A stretch of DNA of 25,346 nucleotides from a virus. Lineage: Duplodnaviria > Caudoviricetes. Positions 24,314 to 25,346 of this stretch are shown here, piece after piece. Position 1 is the first letter of the stretch; the number at the start of each line of letters is the position of its first letter. The translations under genes and the position numbers were made by a program. The notes beneath the pieces were generated by a model. It was not told the origin of the DNA. It worked only from the letters and a program-made list of their open reading frames with translations, and made no database searches. The DNA lies in the IMG/VR virus record IMGVR_UViG_3300005934_000018, positions 1 to 25,346 of that record; one strand, written 5' to 3'.

Positions 24314-24429
24314 TTGTGACTGCACTCTGGTGAACAAAATATTTTACTCTTATCCGGAGTATGATATATTAAACTTAAAAACCTTTTATTACAAACTGAA
24401 CAAATAAAAATTGCACTTAACTTAGACAC
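24286..24429 (-). CDS. 47-aa Cys-rich metal-binding mini-protein (TRASH/treble-clef-like; not in the ORF track)
   Basis: GGAGG 6 nt before GTG 24429. MSKLSAIFICSVCNKRFLSLIYHTPDKSKIFCSPECSHKWVLLHRSC-TAG. Confidence 0.7.
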   Translation of the reverse strand: MSKLSAIFICSVCNKRFLSLIYHTPDKSKIFCSPECSHKWVLLHRSC

Positions 24430-24430
24430 G

Positions 24431-24598
24431 TCATTCCTCCGGTGCAAGTTGCCAACATTCTAAATATTCCCCTGTTGGCTGAAGATGAGGTTGTAGTTCT
24501 ATTTGCTTCACTAAACACTCCTGATGTGTATCATACGAACCTATCAACTTTATTATGGGCACATCTCCATAAAGCAGGAAGAATATGAGCCCATACAT
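24431..24598 (-). CDS. Small hypothetical protein (start probably ATG 24598)
   Basis: TAATG overlap with the upstream stop, hydrophobic N-terminus, two Cys. Confidence 0.55.
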   Translation of the reverse strand: MYGLIFFLLYGDVPIIKLIGSYDTHQECLVKQIELQPHLQPTGEYLECWQLAPEE

Positions 24599-24795
24599 TA
24601 TTTTACTACACGTAAATGAGTTTTCTTTTCTATTACGTGTTCTTGATATGCTCGGCATATCATTTGTCTGTTAGTGAGTAACTCCCCATACAGTTGTCCA
24701 AACCAAACCTTATTTCGCATAGGCAGTTTGTCCCACCATTCAAACGCTCGTCTTTGAATAGTATTCATTCTACGTATCGCTTCATTCGTTGCCAA
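24598..24795 (-). CDS. Small hypothetical protein (start uncertain)
   Basis: Fills the gap after dsrA and is coupled to the downstream ORF. Confidence 0.5.
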   Translation of the reverse strand: MATNEAIRRMNTIQRRAFEWWDKLPMRNKVWFGQLYGELLTNRQMICRAYQEHVIEKKTHLRVVK

Positions 24796-24853
24796 TCAGT
24801 TTCTACTGGTTGGTTGTCTTTTGTAGTTGGTAGTGTGTCATATTTTCTTACTC

Positions 24854-25346
24854 CTATGCTACTTTTTCTTTCTTGTTTTCAAACCATTTGGTTGCTTCTT
24901 CATCCCACTTGTCCATACGCACATAACTCATATAGCGTGGACTTTCGATCATGTTAGGGTCTACGTCTAAGCCTATTCCTTCAAGGAAGTTAACAATGCC
25001 AATACGCTCAATCATTTCTCCTGTGCGTTCATGCTCAAGAGCATTTTCAGCAAAGAAGTCAATCATCTCGCCTGCTAATTCTTCTAAGTACTCGTAGTCT
25101 TCTTCTGTTTCTACTTTTAGGAATGGAATAACAACTGTGCCAAACAGGTCGCCAATTTTAAGTGTACGCTTTCCGCCTACACTAATTGTAACGCCTTTGT
25201 CATCTCCTGGCTCAAGTATACCACTAAAGTCTCCGATGTCATTGTACTTGTGTGTCATAGGTGATGTTACGTTTATGCAATGCATACACTTGACACAATT
25301 TTTATTGTCGATACTAAGTTCACTTGTATTAGGATCCAATCGCATA
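24854..25346 (-). CDS. dsrA: Dissimilatory sulfite reductase alpha subunit, reverse/oxidative type; C-terminal part (5' end outside the window)
   Basis: NCVKCMHCIN ferredoxin motif, PGDDKG, GGKRTLKIGDL, EHERTGEMIERIG, DPNMI..PR..YVRMD..DEEA are characteristic of rDsrA. Confidence 0.93.
   Translation of the reverse strand, partial: MRLDPNTSELSIDNKNCVKCMHCINVTSPMTHKYNDIGDFSGILEPGDDKGVTISVGGKRTLKIGDLFGTVVIPFLKVETEEDYEYLEELAGEMIDFFAENALEHERTGEMIERIGIVNFLEGIGLDVDPNMIESPRYMSYVRMDKWDEEATKWFENKKEKVA

Noticed and set aside
24803-24841. 12-codon ORF MTHYQLQKTTNQ with an AGGAG upstream, just after dsrA
   Set aside because: Too short to support, and no slippery site or homology links it to the next ORF. 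It may be a gene remnant.
2307-24957. Numerous plus-strand ORFs in the track (e.g. 12925-13263, 15927-16196, 18048-18545, 19259-19876, 23997-24407)
   Set aside because: They are antisense shadows of well-supported minus-strand genes with no recognisable motifs.
24854-25345. 163-aa stand-alone protein starting at ATG 25345
   Set aside because: The sequence corresponds to the C-terminal part of DsrA, so the ATG at the window edge is most likely internal.

Overview
AT-rich, densely coded segment of a large tailed dsDNA phage (T4-superfamily/large-myovirus-like), almost all on the minus strand. The exception is one plus-strand class-3 lipase. Reading in the direction of transcription (right to left) it contains: (1) a sulfur/Fe-S accessory block with the C-terminal part of a reverse-type dsrA, an unannotated 47-aa CxxC/FCSxxC metal-binding mini-protein, iscU and a short UDP-glucose dehydrogenase; (2) a ~8 kb late cluster of probable head/internal proteins with T4-like capsid-targeting N-termini and hydrophobic-X-E cleavage motifs, including a Pol-beta-type nucleotidyltransferase next to a KxDG ligase-like protein, two protamine-like paralogs, a holin-like protein, and a core-like protein that appears extended by a -1 frameshift at A_AAA_AAG; (3) a 2OG-Fe(II) oxygenase, a PD-(D/E)XK exonuclease and a beta-helix tail protein; (4) nrdA-nrdB-glutaredoxin-HAD nucleotidase, an Hc1-like histone protein and a cold-shock protein; (5) a circularly permuted two-piece tmRNA (tag ANENFALAA) and tRNA-Trp that share an identical 3' trailer palindrome; (6) a porin, a second 2OG oxygenase, a GH73 muramidase and three tandem lipoproteins. 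Two promoter classes are visible: sigma70-like TTGAC-N17-TAnnnT and T4-late-like TAAATA/TAAGTA. All family calls come from motif recognition by eye; no searches were run.
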